A stretch of 64,000 bases of DNA. Origin: Candidatus Marinacidobacterales bacterium (GTDB taxonomy: Bacteria; Acidobacteriota; Vicinamibacteria; Marinacidobacterales; SMYC01). A model generated the notes under the pieces. It was not told the origin of the DNA. It searched no databases and saw only the letters and a list, made by a program, of their open reading frames with translations. The translations under genes were made by a program, and so were the position numbers. Positions 20,799-31,962 of the stretch are shown here, piece after piece. The stretch covers positions 288,001 to 352,000 of the forward strand of contig CBDCYI010000005.1 of NCBI GenBank assembly GCA_965224085.1, written 5' to 3'. The stretch's first letter is position 1; each line of letters begins with the position of its first letter.

Positions 20799-21968
20799 AT
20801 GATGATCATGAAACCTTCGTTGAAACTGGTCACCCTGGCATTGGTGCTTCTTGTTGGCAGCCAAGCCGACGCCCAGACTGCCAACGCTAGGCCGGCGCCG
20901 GGCTCGCCGACGGCAGACAATCTTCCCATCTACGAGGTGGATTCCACCTGGCCTCCGACGCTTCCGAACGACTGGATCCTGGGGGATATCAGAGGGCTGT
21001 TCGTCGACGACAACGATCACCTCTGGGTGCTCCACATGCCGTCGAGCCTGACGCGTCAGGAGATCGGGGCGGCCCTGGAGCCACCGATCGCCGATTGCTG
21101 CTTCCCTGCACCGCCAGTTCTCGAGCTCGATCCTGAGGGCAAGGTTCTCCGCACCTGGGGTGGCCCCGGCGAGGGCTACACCTGGTATGACCGGGCACAC
21201 GGGATCTACATCGATCACGACGGGTTCGTCTGGACGGGCACGAGCAATGGGTTCGACGTGATGAAGTTCACGCAAGACGGCGAGCATGTTCTGACGATCG
21301 GCGAGCCGGGCGTCAACAAGGGGAGCGACGATCCGGACCACCTGGGCGGACCCGCAAATTTCTACGTCGAGCCCAAAACGAACGAGATCTTCATCGCGGA
21401 TGGATACCGCAACAAGCGCGTGGGGGTCTACGATGCCGAGACCGGGAAATATCTCCGTCACTGGGGCGCGTACGGAAAGCCGCCGGACGACACCTACGAA
21501 TATGACTATCCGGTCAAAGTGGACGACCCGCCGCTGCAATACTCCACCCTTCATGGCATCGTCGGCTCGAAGGACGGTCTGATTTATGTAGCCGACCGCC
21601 GCGGCAACCGCATCCAGGTCTTCCGGCAGAACGGCGAGTACCTCATGGAGCGATTTGTTCGTCCAGAGACCGGCGGATCCGGGAGCGGATTCAGCCTCCA
21701 ACTCTCGCGGGATCCACAACAGAGCCTTCTGTACCTCATGGACGGCACGAACCAGCGTGTCTGGTTACTGCGGCGTAATGACTTGCGGATTCTGGACAGG
21801 TTCGGGAAGCCGGGTCGCCAGGCAGGCGAGTTCATTCGAGCACACATGATCTCGATCGACTCGAAGAACAGGATGTACACGGGTGAGGCGGGGAATGGTC
21901 GACGGATCCAGCGGTGGATCCTCAAAGGGACCAAGCCCGCCGCGAGCGTCAAGCCGCCGGCGCAATAG
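20799..21968 (+). CDS. Secreted NHL-repeat beta-propeller protein (PAL-like)
   Basis: YEVDSTWP, IFIADGYRNKRV, IYVADRRGNRIQVF; signal peptide; AGGAG RBS. Confidence 0.85.
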   Translation: MMIMKPSLKLVTLALVLLVGSQADAQTANARPAPGSPTADNLPIYEVDSTWPPTLPNDWILGDIRGLFVDDNDHLWVLHMPSSLTRQEIGAALEPPIADCCFPAPPVLELDPEGKVLRTWGGPGEGYTWYDRAHGIYIDHDGFVWTGTSNGFDVMKFTQDGEHVLTIGEPGVNKGSDDPDHLGGPANFYVEPKTNEIFIADGYRNKRVGVYDAETGKYLRHWGAYGKPPDDTYEYDYPVKVDDPPLQYSTLHGIVGSKDGLIYVADRRGNRIQVFRQNGEYLMERFVRPETGGSGSGFSLQLSRDPQQSLLYLMDGTNQRVWLLRRNDLRILDRFGKPGRQAGEFIRAHMISIDSKNRMYTGEAGNGRRIQRWILKGTKPAASVKPPAQ

Positions 21969-22259
21969 CTTAAATGGGCGTTTTGGGGGCCAATATGAGG
22001 GGGTTACGAGGGGTTTATACCCTTAAAAGACGGCCATTAGAGCCCGAAAGCGACTCGACTGCAGCAGGTTACAGTCGATCACGGACAAAGAATCCACGAA
22101 TCGCTTCATGGCGTCGACGATCCGGTCTTGGGACGTTTTGTTTATTGAATCGGTGTTAATCTGTACGAATCAATGGCTAATTAATTTTTTATTGATCTCA
22201 CACCCACACAAGACGAGATAAACCCAAATAGAACACAATCATTTTATCGGAAGTGAAAC

Positions 22260-24026
22260 ATGAAGAGAAGAGAATTTCTATCTTACACCGCCGCGGCGTA
22301 CGCGGGCGTAGCTTGCACCAAGACAGAATCTGGCGAGCAGGCGACATCCGGCACGCACGATCTTGTTCTAAAAAATGGTCGAATCATAGATGGTTCCGGT
22401 AACCCGTCGTTCAAAGCAGATATTGCGTTGAAAGATGGAAGGATAAGCAAAATTGGCAGAGTAGACGAAGAAAAAGCTGACAGAATCATTGATGTTAAAG
22501 GACTCTTCGTCAGTCCAGGTTTCATCGACGTCCATAACCACTCTGACACTAGCATGTTCGTTGATCCATGGATCGAAAGTAAGATCAGACAGGGCATCAC
22601 CACGGATGTAAACGGTAATTGCGGAGGAAGCCCAGCGCCACTCAATGAGAAAACGAAAGCTAGAGCAGCAAGACGCATGTCACAAGAGGACATTGACTGG
22701 TCGACAATGGATGGGTACTTCAATCGACTCGAGAAACATGGGATCGCCCAAAACATGGTCACTCTCGTTGGGCATGGCACCGTGAGGAACTATGTGATGT
22801 ATGGAAACCAAGGTGCGCCTACCCAGAAGCAACTCGACGAGATGAAGGAACTCGTAAGAGAAGCCATGCAACACGGCGCAGCAGGACTCTCCACGGGTCT
22901 CGCATACTCCCCAGGTTGCTATGCCCACACCGACGAGGTTGTAGAACTAACCAAAGTAGTAGCTGAGTATGGGGGCATCTACGCCAGCCATCTCAGAGAC
23001 TTTAGCTCACAAGTTCTCGGGTGGTCAGGGGAAGAAGGTTCGGTGTATAAAGCTGTTGCTGAAGCCATAGAGATTGGGAGAAGGTCTGGAGTAAGGGTTG
23101 TCCAGCTTTCCCACCTCAGCAGCAATTCACCCTACTCTTCTGACCCAGAACTCGATGAGAAGGTTCGCGACATGATATACAAAGCGAGGGAGGATGGAAT
23201 TGATGTCTTAGCAGACATCCTGCCCAGTGACTGGGGTTCGGTCGCCCCATGGCCAGGACGATCGGTCTTCTCCCCTAGTTATCTCGCAGACGGAAAGGAG
23301 AATCTCCTTGAAAGACTGCGAGACCCAGATCAGAGGGCTGTACTGAAGGAGGAACTACTCACAAAGTCTCTGGCGGAGATGCGTTTCGAGAACACCACAG
23401 CTCGGCTACAACTCATTCGAGCTGGCAAGGGGGACGGTGTGTGGATATTCCCCCCGCTCAATGGGCATTTCAAGAACCCTGAATACGAGAGAAAAACATT
23501 GGACGTGATCGCCGAAATGAAGGGGGTTGACCTACTTGACGCCTTATTTGATCTTCTCATCGAGGAAAACGGAGAGATATCTGTCGCGAACAGGATAATG
23601 GAGGATCGGAATAGCCAGATGATTTGGTCGGTCGCCATACCGAGTAGCGACGGGGGAGGCACGGCCAAGCCGGGTGAGGGTACTAGACGGGTCCGACCGA
23701 CTGCGTATAGTGGATTCAGTGACGCTCTCGTGTGGGTCAGGGAAAAGAAGCTAGTTGCACTCGAGGATATGATCAGGAAGATGACATCGTTTCCGGCACG
23801 TACCCTGCGACTCCGGGATAGAGGTTTAATCAAGGAGGGCTTACAGGCGGATATCACGGTGTTTGATTTCGAGAACGTCAAGAGTCTTTGCACCTACGAG
23901 AACGATGCAAGACCCGCTTACCCAGAAGGGATACCCTATGTCATCGTCAACGGCGTACCTGTGATCGATGATAATCAGTTGACAGAAGCGTTACCAGGAA
24001 AGGTGCTGAGACACGCCGCTGCCTAA
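22260..24026 (+). CDS. N-acyl-D-amino-acid deacylase (D-aminoacylase), Tat lipoprotein-like signal
   Basis: PGFIDVHNHSD, GNCG, GLSTGLAYSPG, SHLRD, SSDG; MKRREFL...GVAC. Confidence 0.9.
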   Translation: MKRREFLSYTAAAYAGVACTKTESGEQATSGTHDLVLKNGRIIDGSGNPSFKADIALKDGRISKIGRVDEEKADRIIDVKGLFVSPGFIDVHNHSDTSMFVDPWIESKIRQGITTDVNGNCGGSPAPLNEKTKARAARRMSQEDIDWSTMDGYFNRLEKHGIAQNMVTLVGHGTVRNYVMYGNQGAPTQKQLDEMKELVREAMQHGAAGLSTGLAYSPGCYAHTDEVVELTKVVAEYGGIYASHLRDFSSQVLGWSGEEGSVYKAVAEAIEIGRRSGVRVVQLSHLSSNSPYSSDPELDEKVRDMIYKAREDGIDVLADILPSDWGSVAPWPGRSVFSPSYLADGKENLLERLRDPDQRAVLKEELLTKSLAEMRFENTTARLQLIRAGKGDGVWIFPPLNGHFKNPEYERKTLDVIAEMKGVDLLDALFDLLIEENGEISVANRIMEDRNSQMIWSVAIPSSDGGGTAKPGEGTRRVRPTAYSGFSDALVWVREKKLVALEDMIRKMTSFPARTLRLRDRGLIKEGLQADITVFDFENVKSLCTYENDARPAYPEGIPYVIVNGVPVIDDNQLTEALPGKVLRHAAA

Positions 24027-24029
24027 CTC

Positions 24030-24170
24030 ACCCACGATATACTCGTCGGTAAATGGCCGGTGCAGATCCGGAGCAAACTCGAATCCTGCCAAGCTCGCCC
24101 CGAGGAGTGGCGTGAGGATCTCGGTCTCGAAGACGCCGTCCAAGTCATTGTCGTAAATGTCTCGCTGACT
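24030..24170 (-). pseudogene. Short internal fragment resembling an Oar-type TonB-dependent receptor
   Basis: DNDLDGVFE...APDLHRPFTDEYIVG resembles the DPNLKxPYTDExxVG segment of such receptors; recognition only. Confidence 0.35.
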
Positions 24171-24290
24171 CACCCTGCCGCCGCCGGCGCGGCTGCTACT
24201 CGGACCGTCGCGGCCGTTCACCGCCTCGTGTACGCGCCTTTAGGCGATGGAGCGCACGGGCTCAGTAACTAGGTAAGGAGGAAATAACAA

Positions 24291-25412
24291 ATGTACGACT
24301 TCTACAAGTGGAAGGTTCCATACCGCGTGCCCATCGTAGATGAGCCGGTTGTTGATGCGATAGTCCGGGTGATGAAGAAGGGTGTCATCTTCCGGGGCGA
24401 CGATACCACTGGTTTCGAGGAAGGCTTGGCCGCTTACATCGGAGTCAAGCATGGCGTGAGTGTTAACGCTGGCACCTCCGCCCAGCTTCTTTATTGGCTG
24501 GCCTGCGGTTACGAACCCGGCAGTGAGATCATTAGCCAGACCAACAGCTACATTGCTGGCTTAACAACAGCCATGCATGCGGGGCTGAAGCCTGTCTTTG
24601 TGGAACCCGACAAGGACACGTTCACCATCGACGTCAACAAGGTCGAGGCGGCCATCACGCCCAAGACCCGGGCCCTGCTCGCTGTGCACCTTTATGGGCA
24701 CCCAACTGAAATGGGACCGCTCATGGAACTATGCGATCGGCACGGCGTCGACGTGTTCGAGGTCATCGCCCATTCCACCGGCGGTGAATACGGGGGACGA
24801 AAGTTGGGTTCCTTCGGCCGGGCGGCCATGTCCACCTTCGGCAGCAAGGTGCTGACCGTCAACGGGCTGGGTGGCATGCTGCTGACCAATGATGAGGAAC
24901 TGGCGAAAAAGGTTTCCATTTTGCGGAAGAACGCCCGGGAAACGTCTGAAGAGTATCTCAATCTGGACGTCCTGCCGTATAACTTGCAGCTCAGTGAATG
25001 CCTGGCCGCTATCGGAGGGGTTAACCTGAAGCGGCTTGACGCGCACGTCGAAAGCCGCCGGCATAATGCCGCCCGCCTGCGCAAGAACCTGCTCGAGGCG
25101 GACCTGCCGATTATCGTGCCGATCGAGAAGGATTGGGGGCGCCATGCTTACCTGCACTTCGTGATCCGGTCCAAGAAGCGGGATGCATTGAAGGCTTTCC
25201 TCATCGAAAAGGGAATCGAGGTGCGCGTTCACTATCCCATACCCGCGTACCTCATCGGTCCGATTCGCACGGCCGGCGGGCACAAGGAAGGGGACTTTCC
25301 TATTTCCGACGAAATGGCCAAGACCGTCCTGTCGCTGCCGGTCGGCCCCTGGTTCACGGACGATCAGATCGACTACGTGGCCGATCAAGTTAAGGCGTTT
25401 TTCAAGAAGTAG
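24291..25412 (+). CDS. DegT/DnrJ/EryC1/StrS PLP-dependent aminotransferase family (atypical motifs)
   Basis: AITPKTRALLAVHLYG, GLKPVFVE, VLSLPVGP; conserved Lys in FGSK; AAGGAGG RBS. Confidence 0.88.
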   Translation: MYDFYKWKVPYRVPIVDEPVVDAIVRVMKKGVIFRGDDTTGFEEGLAAYIGVKHGVSVNAGTSAQLLYWLACGYEPGSEIISQTNSYIAGLTTAMHAGLKPVFVEPDKDTFTIDVNKVEAAITPKTRALLAVHLYGHPTEMGPLMELCDRHGVDVFEVIAHSTGGEYGGRKLGSFGRAAMSTFGSKVLTVNGLGGMLLTNDEELAKKVSILRKNARETSEEYLNLDVLPYNLQLSECLAAIGGVNLKRLDAHVESRRHNAARLRKNLLEADLPIIVPIEKDWGRHAYLHFVIRSKKRDALKAFLIEKGIEVRVHYPIPAYLIGPIRTAGGHKEGDFPISDEMAKTVLSLPVGPWFTDDQIDYVADQVKAFFKK

Positions 25413-25770
25413 GAGCCAGCAGACGGCAACCCGTAGCTAACGTCACTGTCCAATATTTGGGGGAACTTATGACTTCCTCGGCCCGAAGCGTAGGACGACG
25501 GGGCAGGGTGAGGGAAGATCGTCTCAAGAGCAGGCGGACGATAGCCCATGCGCTATGCGGGATTTCTCGCGGTCATGGATTTCTCCCAGAAAAAATGAAT
25601 ACGTATTCTTTTTTCCTCATCACGGTTGGAGCCGGACACAGGATCCACCGTCCAACCATAGGCTACCCACCTAGTCTGGTAGGGCCTTAAAATATTACGT
25701 GGCTTCAATGATTTAGGTACGCTGGACCAGTACGAAGACGTACTTTGGCGCCAAACAGGGAGAAGCAATC

Positions 25771-27432
25771 ATGACCCGGTTAGGTTTTCAGGATCGACCT
25801 GCGACGCCGTTAAGAACGCGGACGGAACGGCGAACATTCATACGACTTGCAGGGAGCGCCGCCGGCTTGGCGGTGTTCTGCTTGGCAATGCTCGGCACGC
25901 CAGTCGGTCAGGCGAGCGGGGCGGCACCTAAACAGCTCACCGTCGGGGAACTCTTCAGCCTCCGAACGCTCGACCCCGGACGGACCCAAGAGGTCACTGC
26001 CTTAATGATCAACAAGGGGTTGTACGACACACTCGTTACTTTCCATGGCGAAGACGTGAAAACAATCCGACCTTCGATCGCCACGGAGTGGTCGGTATCG
26101 GCGGATGGGCTCAGTTATATTTTCAAGCTGCGATCCGATGTCAAGTTCACGAGCGGGAATCCGCTGACCTCCGCGGACGCGAAGTGGTCGCTCGATCGGA
26201 TTATCCATCTCAAGGCGACGACGAAGTTCTATGTCAAAACTCTTGATAGGGTTGAGGCGCCGGACCCGACAACCCTGGTCATCCACTTGAAGCATCCGGA
26301 CCCGTCTCTTCTGGCGAAACTCACCACGCCGTCTCTCGGAGTCGTCGACAGCAAGCTGGTTATGCACAACGGCGGCGATGCAGGCCCGGACGCATCAACC
26401 AAGGACAAGGCCGAGGCGTACCTCAACGCCCATTCTGCGGGGAGCGGCCCCTTCATCCTGGAGAGCTTCATTACCGATCAAGAAATTGTACTGGTAAAGA
26501 ACCCGAACTACTGGCGGGGGCCCGCGAAGTTGGACCGCGTCGTCTTTCGCCACATCAGCGAAGGCACCATGCGGGAGCTGCTGGTCAAGAAGGGTGACAT
26601 CGATCTCGCCCTTAACATCAGTCAAGACCAGCTCCCAGCACTCAAGAAGGCGGGCGTGACGGTAAAGTCGACCCCCATCGCCATGATCTTCTATATTCAG
26701 ATAAACCAGGATCCGGCGGTTTCCAACGACTTCGCCAATCCCCTGGTTCAACAAGCCATACGGTACGCGATCGACTATGACGGACTTATGACGATCGTCG
26801 GCGCGGGCGCGAAGCCTTTGGCCAGTCTGATGCCGTCGATCTTCCCGGGTGCCCCGGATTCAAAGGAGGCTTACAAGACGAACCCCGCAAAGGCGAGAGC
26901 TCTTCTGAAGCAGGCGAACGTCAAGAACCCGAAAGCAGAGATGATCTTCTACGCGAGCTGGATCATTAACGGCATCCCTATTGATCTTATCGCGCAGAAG
27001 ATTCAATCGGATCTCGCCGCGGTTGGCATTAATCTCGTGCTGGGTCCCAAGCCAAACGCGTTGGCTCGCGCGCAGTGGCGGGGTGGCAAGGCGCAGCTCG
27101 GCCTGTTCCGTTGGGTCGCCGATTACGCCGATCCCAGCAACTACATGGGCTTTCTCCCCGACGGGTCAGTCGGGAAGCGTGCGAGATGGACCTCGGAATC
27201 GAGTCCGGAAGCGAAGGAGCTCGCCGAGCTCGGTCATAAGGCGATCACGGAAACAAATGACGCGAAACGTACGGAGATGTACGAGGACGTCGAGCGCCGG
27301 CTGGCGAAGATTGGGCCCTTCGTTCCCCTCTTCCAGCCGGCGGCTCCGGTCGCCTTCAATACAAAAGTCAAAGGGATAACTTTCCACAGCGTGTGGTCAG
27401 TTGATTTCTACCCCGTGAGCAAAGATAATTGA
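25771..27432 (+). CDS. Dpp/Opp-type ABC transporter substrate-binding protein (Tat signal)
   Basis: RRTFI signal; YDTLV, FKLRSDVKFTSGNPLTSAD, GSGPF, NPNYW. Confidence 0.92.
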   Translation: MTRLGFQDRPATPLRTRTERRTFIRLAGSAAGLAVFCLAMLGTPVGQASGAAPKQLTVGELFSLRTLDPGRTQEVTALMINKGLYDTLVTFHGEDVKTIRPSIATEWSVSADGLSYIFKLRSDVKFTSGNPLTSADAKWSLDRIIHLKATTKFYVKTLDRVEAPDPTTLVIHLKHPDPSLLAKLTTPSLGVVDSKLVMHNGGDAGPDASTKDKAEAYLNAHSAGSGPFILESFITDQEIVLVKNPNYWRGPAKLDRVVFRHISEGTMRELLVKKGDIDLALNISQDQLPALKKAGVTVKSTPIAMIFYIQINQDPAVSNDFANPLVQQAIRYAIDYDGLMTIVGAGAKPLASLMPSIFPGAPDSKEAYKTNPAKARALLKQANVKNPKAEMIFYASWIINGIPIDLIAQKIQSDLAAVGINLVLGPKPNALARAQWRGGKAQLGLFRWVADYADPSNYMGFLPDGSVGKRARWTSESSPEAKELAELGHKAITETNDAKRTEMYEDVERRLAKIGPFVPLFQPAAPVAFNTKVKGITFHSVWSVDFYPVSKDN

Positions 27433-27491
27433 TTTCTAGTACGTGGTCTGGAGCGTTCCAGACTGAGGTAAGACCCTGACGGCGTTTTCCT

Positions 27492-28517
27492 ATGGGATAT
27501 CTGTGGCCTTTCATCGGGCGACGTCTGCTTCACCTTGTCCCGACGATGCTTGGCATCACGGTCATCAGCTTCATTCTCTCCCAGGCTCTACCGGCGGACC
27601 CGACGACCCTTAACCTCGGCGAGCAAGCCGCGGCGGACCCCGAAGTGGTCGCCGCCTTTCGCAAGGAGTGGGGGCTCGATAAACCACCCGTCGAACAGTA
27701 CCTACGTTATCTTTGGAACCTGCTCCATGGCAACATGGGCATCTCGATCTCGTCCCGCCGTCCAGTGATCGAGGATCTCGGGCGGGCGATACCCGCAACG
27801 GTGGAGCTGACCGCGATGAGCATGGTGGTCAGCATCCTCTTCGGCATCCCGCTCGGCATCCTTGCCGCCGTCAAACGCGGCACCATTATCGACCAGATCA
27901 GCCGGGTCTTCTCCCTGGTCGGCGTATCTGTGCCTGCGTTCTGGCTGGGCTTGGTCGGGCTAATCGTGTTCTATGGTTGGCTCGACTGGGTCCCGGGACC
28001 CGGCCGAATCAGTCCGGCGATCCCTCATCCCCCGTTCGTGACTGGCTTGCTGGTTATCGATTCGCTGCTCGCCGGCCGAATGGACGCAGTCGAGAACACG
28101 CTGTGGCACCTAGTGCTACCGTCGCTGGTCCTCAGCCTGTACAACCTGGGCACTCTGGCCCGGCTCATGCGCAGCACGATGCTCGAGGTGCTTGGCGAGG
28201 ACTACGTGCGTACGGCGCGTGCGAAGGGAGTGCCTGAGTGGTCCGTTCTCTTCCGACACGCGTTGAGAAATAGCCTCATTCCGATCATCACCGTGATTGG
28301 CCTGGGATTCGGGCGGCTCCTGTCGGGCGCCGTGGTCACCGAGAGCGTATTCGCCTGGCCGGGCCTCGGACTCTACGCTTTTCGCAGTGCGACGTCGTTG
28401 GACTTTCCCGCGATCATGGGCGTCGCAATCGTCATAGCAAGTATATATCTCGTGGTAAATCTTCTCGTCGATATCGTGTATGTCTTCGCGGATCCGCGTA
28501 TCCGGGTCGCTGGTTAA
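27492..28517 (+). CDS. Dpp/Opp ABC transporter permease (DppB-like)
   Basis: EDYVRTARAKG EAA loop; VVTESVFAWPGLG; DPRIR. Confidence 0.93.
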   Translation: MGYLWPFIGRRLLHLVPTMLGITVISFILSQALPADPTTLNLGEQAAADPEVVAAFRKEWGLDKPPVEQYLRYLWNLLHGNMGISISSRRPVIEDLGRAIPATVELTAMSMVVSILFGIPLGILAAVKRGTIIDQISRVFSLVGVSVPAFWLGLVGLIVFYGWLDWVPGPGRISPAIPHPPFVTGLLVIDSLLAGRMDAVENTLWHLVLPSLVLSLYNLGTLARLMRSTMLEVLGEDYVRTARAKGVPEWSVLFRHALRNSLIPIITVIGLGFGRLLSGAVVTESVFAWPGLGLYAFRSATSLDFPAIMGVAIVIASIYLVVNLLVDIVYVFADPRIRVAG

Positions 28518-28521
28518 GCAC

Positions 28522-29364
28522 GTGTCGAAGCAAGTTCCAGTATTGGACATCATTGCGCGCAGTTCGATGCTGAGCCTGATTGCTGTCGTAGTGCTCGTGC
28601 TATGGATTCTGGCCGCCATCGCGGCGCCTGTCATGGCCCCGTACGATCCGCTGCATTTGGACATTCCCATTCGCTTGTCCCCGCCGAGCGCCGAGCACTG
28701 GTTCGGTACCGATCCACTCGGGAGGGACATCTGGAGTAGGGTCCTCTACGGCGCACGGATCTCCATCGCTGTCGGCATTACCGCGGTCGTGGTCGCTGCG
28801 TCTCTCGGGACGGTGATCGGATCCGTGTCCGGGGCCGGGAGCAAGCTCGTGGACGAGATCCTGATGCGCATAGCCGACTTGATGCTCGCGTTCCCGAGCG
28901 TGATTCTTGCCCTCGTGATCACCGCGGCGCTCGGCGCCGGAATCGTCAACGCCCTTATCGCCATTTCCATCGCTTGGTGGCCGCAATACGCGCGGGTTGT
29001 GCGGGGATTGGTCCTCTCGATAAAAGAGCGGGATTACGTGCAGGCGGCGTACGCGATTGGCGCGTCGGAGACTCGGGTGATAATCCGGTATGTGCTTCCC
29101 AACGTTATGCCCTCCATCATCGTCCTCGGCACGCTCGACGTGGGGCACGCAATCCTGACGTTCGCGTCCCTCAGCTTCCTGGGTCTCGGTCCTCCACCAG
29201 AAATTGCGGAGTGGGGGTCGATGATCGCGGCGGGACGCAACTACTTCGAACAGTGGTGGATCGGCACGTTCCCGGGCCTTGCCATCTTGAGCGTGGCGCT
29301 GACGTTCAACGTGCTCGGCGACAGCCTCCGCGACATGCTGGATCCACGAGTGCGCAAGCTGTAG
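28522..29364 (+). CDS. Dpp/Opp ABC transporter permease (DppC-like)
   Basis: HWFGTDPLGRD, DYVQAAYAIGA, LSFLGLG, GDSLRDMLDPR; exact start uncertain. Confidence 0.92.
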   Translation: MSKQVPVLDIIARSSMLSLIAVVVLVLWILAAIAAPVMAPYDPLHLDIPIRLSPPSAEHWFGTDPLGRDIWSRVLYGARISIAVGITAVVVAASLGTVIGSVSGAGSKLVDEILMRIADLMLAFPSVILALVITAALGAGIVNALIAISIAWWPQYARVVRGLVLSIKERDYVQAAYAIGASETRVIIRYVLPNVMPSIIVLGTLDVGHAILTFASLSFLGLGPPPEIAEWGSMIAAGRNYFEQWWIGTFPGLAILSVALTFNVLGDSLRDMLDPRVRKL

Positions 29365-29405
29365 GCGTTTCGGATGGAAACTGTCGACACTATTAGGGTG
29401 GCGCG

Positions 29406-30491
29406 GTGCCGCAATCGCGAGCTAGGTCCTTGACGACGGCCAACAGAGCGGACGCACTCCTCGATGTGAGGGATCTGAAGACGCATTTTTTCGCGGCCGA
29501 GGAAGTGGCCCCCGCGGTGGACGGCGTGTCGTTCACGGTGCGGCGCGGCGAATCGCTCGGGATCGTCGGGGAGTCGGGCTCGGGCAAGAGCGTCACGTCC
29601 CTCTCGATTCTCCGCCTAATCCCCGATCCTCCAGGCAAGATCGTCGGCGGCCAGGTCCTCTTCGAGGGAACCGATCTCCTGACGGTCAGTGAGCGCGACA
29701 TGCGGAAGATCCGGGGCAACAAGATATCCATGATTTTCCAGGAGCCGATGACCTCGTTAAACCCGGTCTTAACCATCGGCAACCAAATCATGGAAACGAT
29801 CCTCCTTCATCAGAATGTCAACAAGAAGGAAGCGTTCGCGCGGACCATCGACATGCTTCAGCTTGTCGGTATCGCCTCGCCCGAGCGCCGGGTGATGGAG
29901 TACCCGTTTCAGTTCTCTGGCGGCATGAGGCAGCGGGTCATGATCGCGATGGCGCTGGCATGCAACCCAAACCTACTCATCGCCGACGAGCCGACGACCG
30001 CGCTCGACGTGACCATCCAAGCGCAGATCATTGACCTTATCGTTCGCCTCAAGGAAGAGTTCGGCATGGCGGTCATCCTCATCACCCACGACCTCGGCGT
30101 CATCGCGGAAACGGTGCAGCGGGTCTGCGTTATGTACGCCGGTAAGTTTGTCGAGATGGCGCCGGTCAATGAACTCTTCGCGAACCCCCAACACCCGTAC
30201 ACGCAGGGCCTCCTGCGCGCGCTCCCAAGTGGCGAAAAGGTACGGCTCCAGGAAATTCCCGGTGTGGTGCCGTCCTTGACGAACCTGCCGGGCGGCTGCC
30301 AGTTCTGCCCTCGGTTTGAGCGCAGCGCGGAGGTCTGCAGGAAGGAAGAACCGCCGTGGGTGGAGATTACGCCGGAACACTGGGTCCGGTGCTGGATAGT
30401 ATCGCACCTCTCGGGTCGTGCCGAGGTGGGGAGGGGCGTTGATTATAGCGTGCGACCCGACGACGAAGACGACGGCCAATTTCGGGGATGA
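29406..30491 (+). CDS. Dpp/Opp ABC transporter ATP-binding protein (DppD-like)
   Basis: [30 protein letters not shown], Cys-rich C-terminus. Confidence 0.93.
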   Translation: MPQSRARSLTTANRADALLDVRDLKTHFFAAEEVAPAVDGVSFTVRRGESLGIVGESGSGKSVTSLSILRLIPDPPGKIVGGQVLFEGTDLLTVSERDMRKIRGNKISMIFQEPMTSLNPVLTIGNQIMETILLHQNVNKKEAFARTIDMLQLVGIASPERRVMEYPFQFSGGMRQRVMIAMALACNPNLLIADEPTTALDVTIQAQIIDLIVRLKEEFGMAVILITHDLGVIAETVQRVCVMYAGKFVEMAPVNELFANPQHPYTQGLLRALPSGEKVRLQEIPGVVPSLTNLPGGCQFCPRFERSAEVCRKEEPPWVEITPEHWVRCWIVSHLSGRAEVGRGVDYSVRPDDEDDGQFRG

Positions 30492-30497
30492 TGATCG

Positions 30498-31535
30498 ATG
30501 ACCACCAAGCAAAGCGTCCATGAAAAGGCCCCTGCGGCTATGGGCGAGACGCTGCTTGAAGTCCAGAATCTGGTCAAGCACTTTCCGATCACGGGCGGCC
30601 TCTTCGGCAAGCAGGTGGCCACGGTCGACGCGGTTAGCGGCGTCAGCTTCACTCTCAAAAGGGGTGAAACGCTCGGCCTCGTTGGCGAATCCGGTTGCGG
30701 CAAGTCGACCACCGGACGGCTGATCCTGCGGATGATTGAGCCGACCGGCGGCAAGGTGCTGTTCGACGGTCATGAAATCTTCGGCCTTGACCGACGTAAC
30801 ATGCAGACGCTCCGCCGTCGCATGCAGATTGTCTTCCAAGACCCCTACGCCTCATTGAACCCACGAATGACGATCGGGACCATCATCGGGGACGGTCTCA
30901 AGATCCACAAGCTTGGCACGCCGAAGGAGCGCAAGGAGAAGGTCGCCCACATTCTTGAGAAGGTCGGCCTTAGTGCCGAGCAGGCCGGCAGGTACCCTCA
31001 CGAATTCTCGGGCGGGCAGCGCCAGCGGGTTGGTATCGCGCGGGCCCTGGTGCTCAATCCCGACCTTCTCATCGGGGACGAGCCGGTCTCGGCGCTGGAC
31101 GTCTCCATCCAGGCGCAGGTCATCAACCTGCTCGGTGACCTGCAGAAGGAGTTCGGGCTCTCGTACATCATCATCGCCCACAATCTCTCGGTCGTGCGCC
31201 ACATCAGCGACCGCGTAGCGGTGATGTACCTCGGCAAGATCGTCGAGATGTCGGACGTGAGCGCGCTCTACAAGAACCCGCTCCACCCCTACACCGAGGC
31301 GCTCCTCTCGGCGAATCCGGTCCCCGATCCGACCGCCAAGAAGAAACGGATCATCCTCGAGGGGGATGTCCCGTCGCCCATCAACCCGCCGTCGGGCTGC
31401 CGTTTCCACCCACGCTGTTCCTACAAGCAAAAGCACTGTTCCGAGGTGGAGCCCGAGTTTCGTGAACTCAGGCCCGGTTGCTTCGTGGCCTGTCACTTCC
31501 CGCTCGGGATGCCGGACAAGTGGATAAGTACGTGA
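30498..31535 (+). CDS. Dpp/Opp ABC transporter ATP-binding protein (DppF-like)
   Basis: [32 protein letters not shown]. Confidence 0.93.
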   Translation: MTTKQSVHEKAPAAMGETLLEVQNLVKHFPITGGLFGKQVATVDAVSGVSFTLKRGETLGLVGESGCGKSTTGRLILRMIEPTGGKVLFDGHEIFGLDRRNMQTLRRRMQIVFQDPYASLNPRMTIGTIIGDGLKIHKLGTPKERKEKVAHILEKVGLSAEQAGRYPHEFSGGQRQRVGIARALVLNPDLLIGDEPVSALDVSIQAQVINLLGDLQKEFGLSYIIIAHNLSVVRHISDRVAVMYLGKIVEMSDVSALYKNPLHPYTEALLSANPVPDPTAKKKRIILEGDVPSPINPPSGCRFHPRCSYKQKHCSEVEPEFRELRPGCFVACHFPLGMPDKWIST

Positions 31536-31962
31536 GCCCGGAGCCGTCGGTGTCGAGCCCGGCGGCCACGTAAATGGCGGCAGGCCGGAGCCGGTCGCGC
31601 AGCTCAAGGTACTTGGCGTCGATGAACGGGGCGAGCAAGTCGGTGTCGAGCGGGCGAGTGTTTTCTCAGCTCGAGCTCCTGGATGAACTCGTTGGCGACG
31701 GTCTAAAGCTCTTGCTCGGAGACAGACAAGCCGAGATTTCTCAGCGCGGTCTTGGCCGCGTTGATCGAGCGGCTGGAAGCGATGCTACGTCTTTTTGTGA
31801 CGATCTTGCACGTCTCTGTTACCGTCCAGCCCACGGAATCTGACGCAGCCGAGCTGCCGACGATCTCCTGGCCCCACGATCAAAGAACAGTTGCCTGATC
31901 AACAGCGAATGGCGCGAACAACCGTCGATAGGCTCACCGCACCCTGACTGAGCCTCAACGAG

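Noticed and set aside
31536-31960. Gene fragment between the ABC operon and the amidase
   Set aside because: Coding-like pieces on the minus strand (LDTDLLAPFIDAKYLELRDRL), but broken and unidentifiable.
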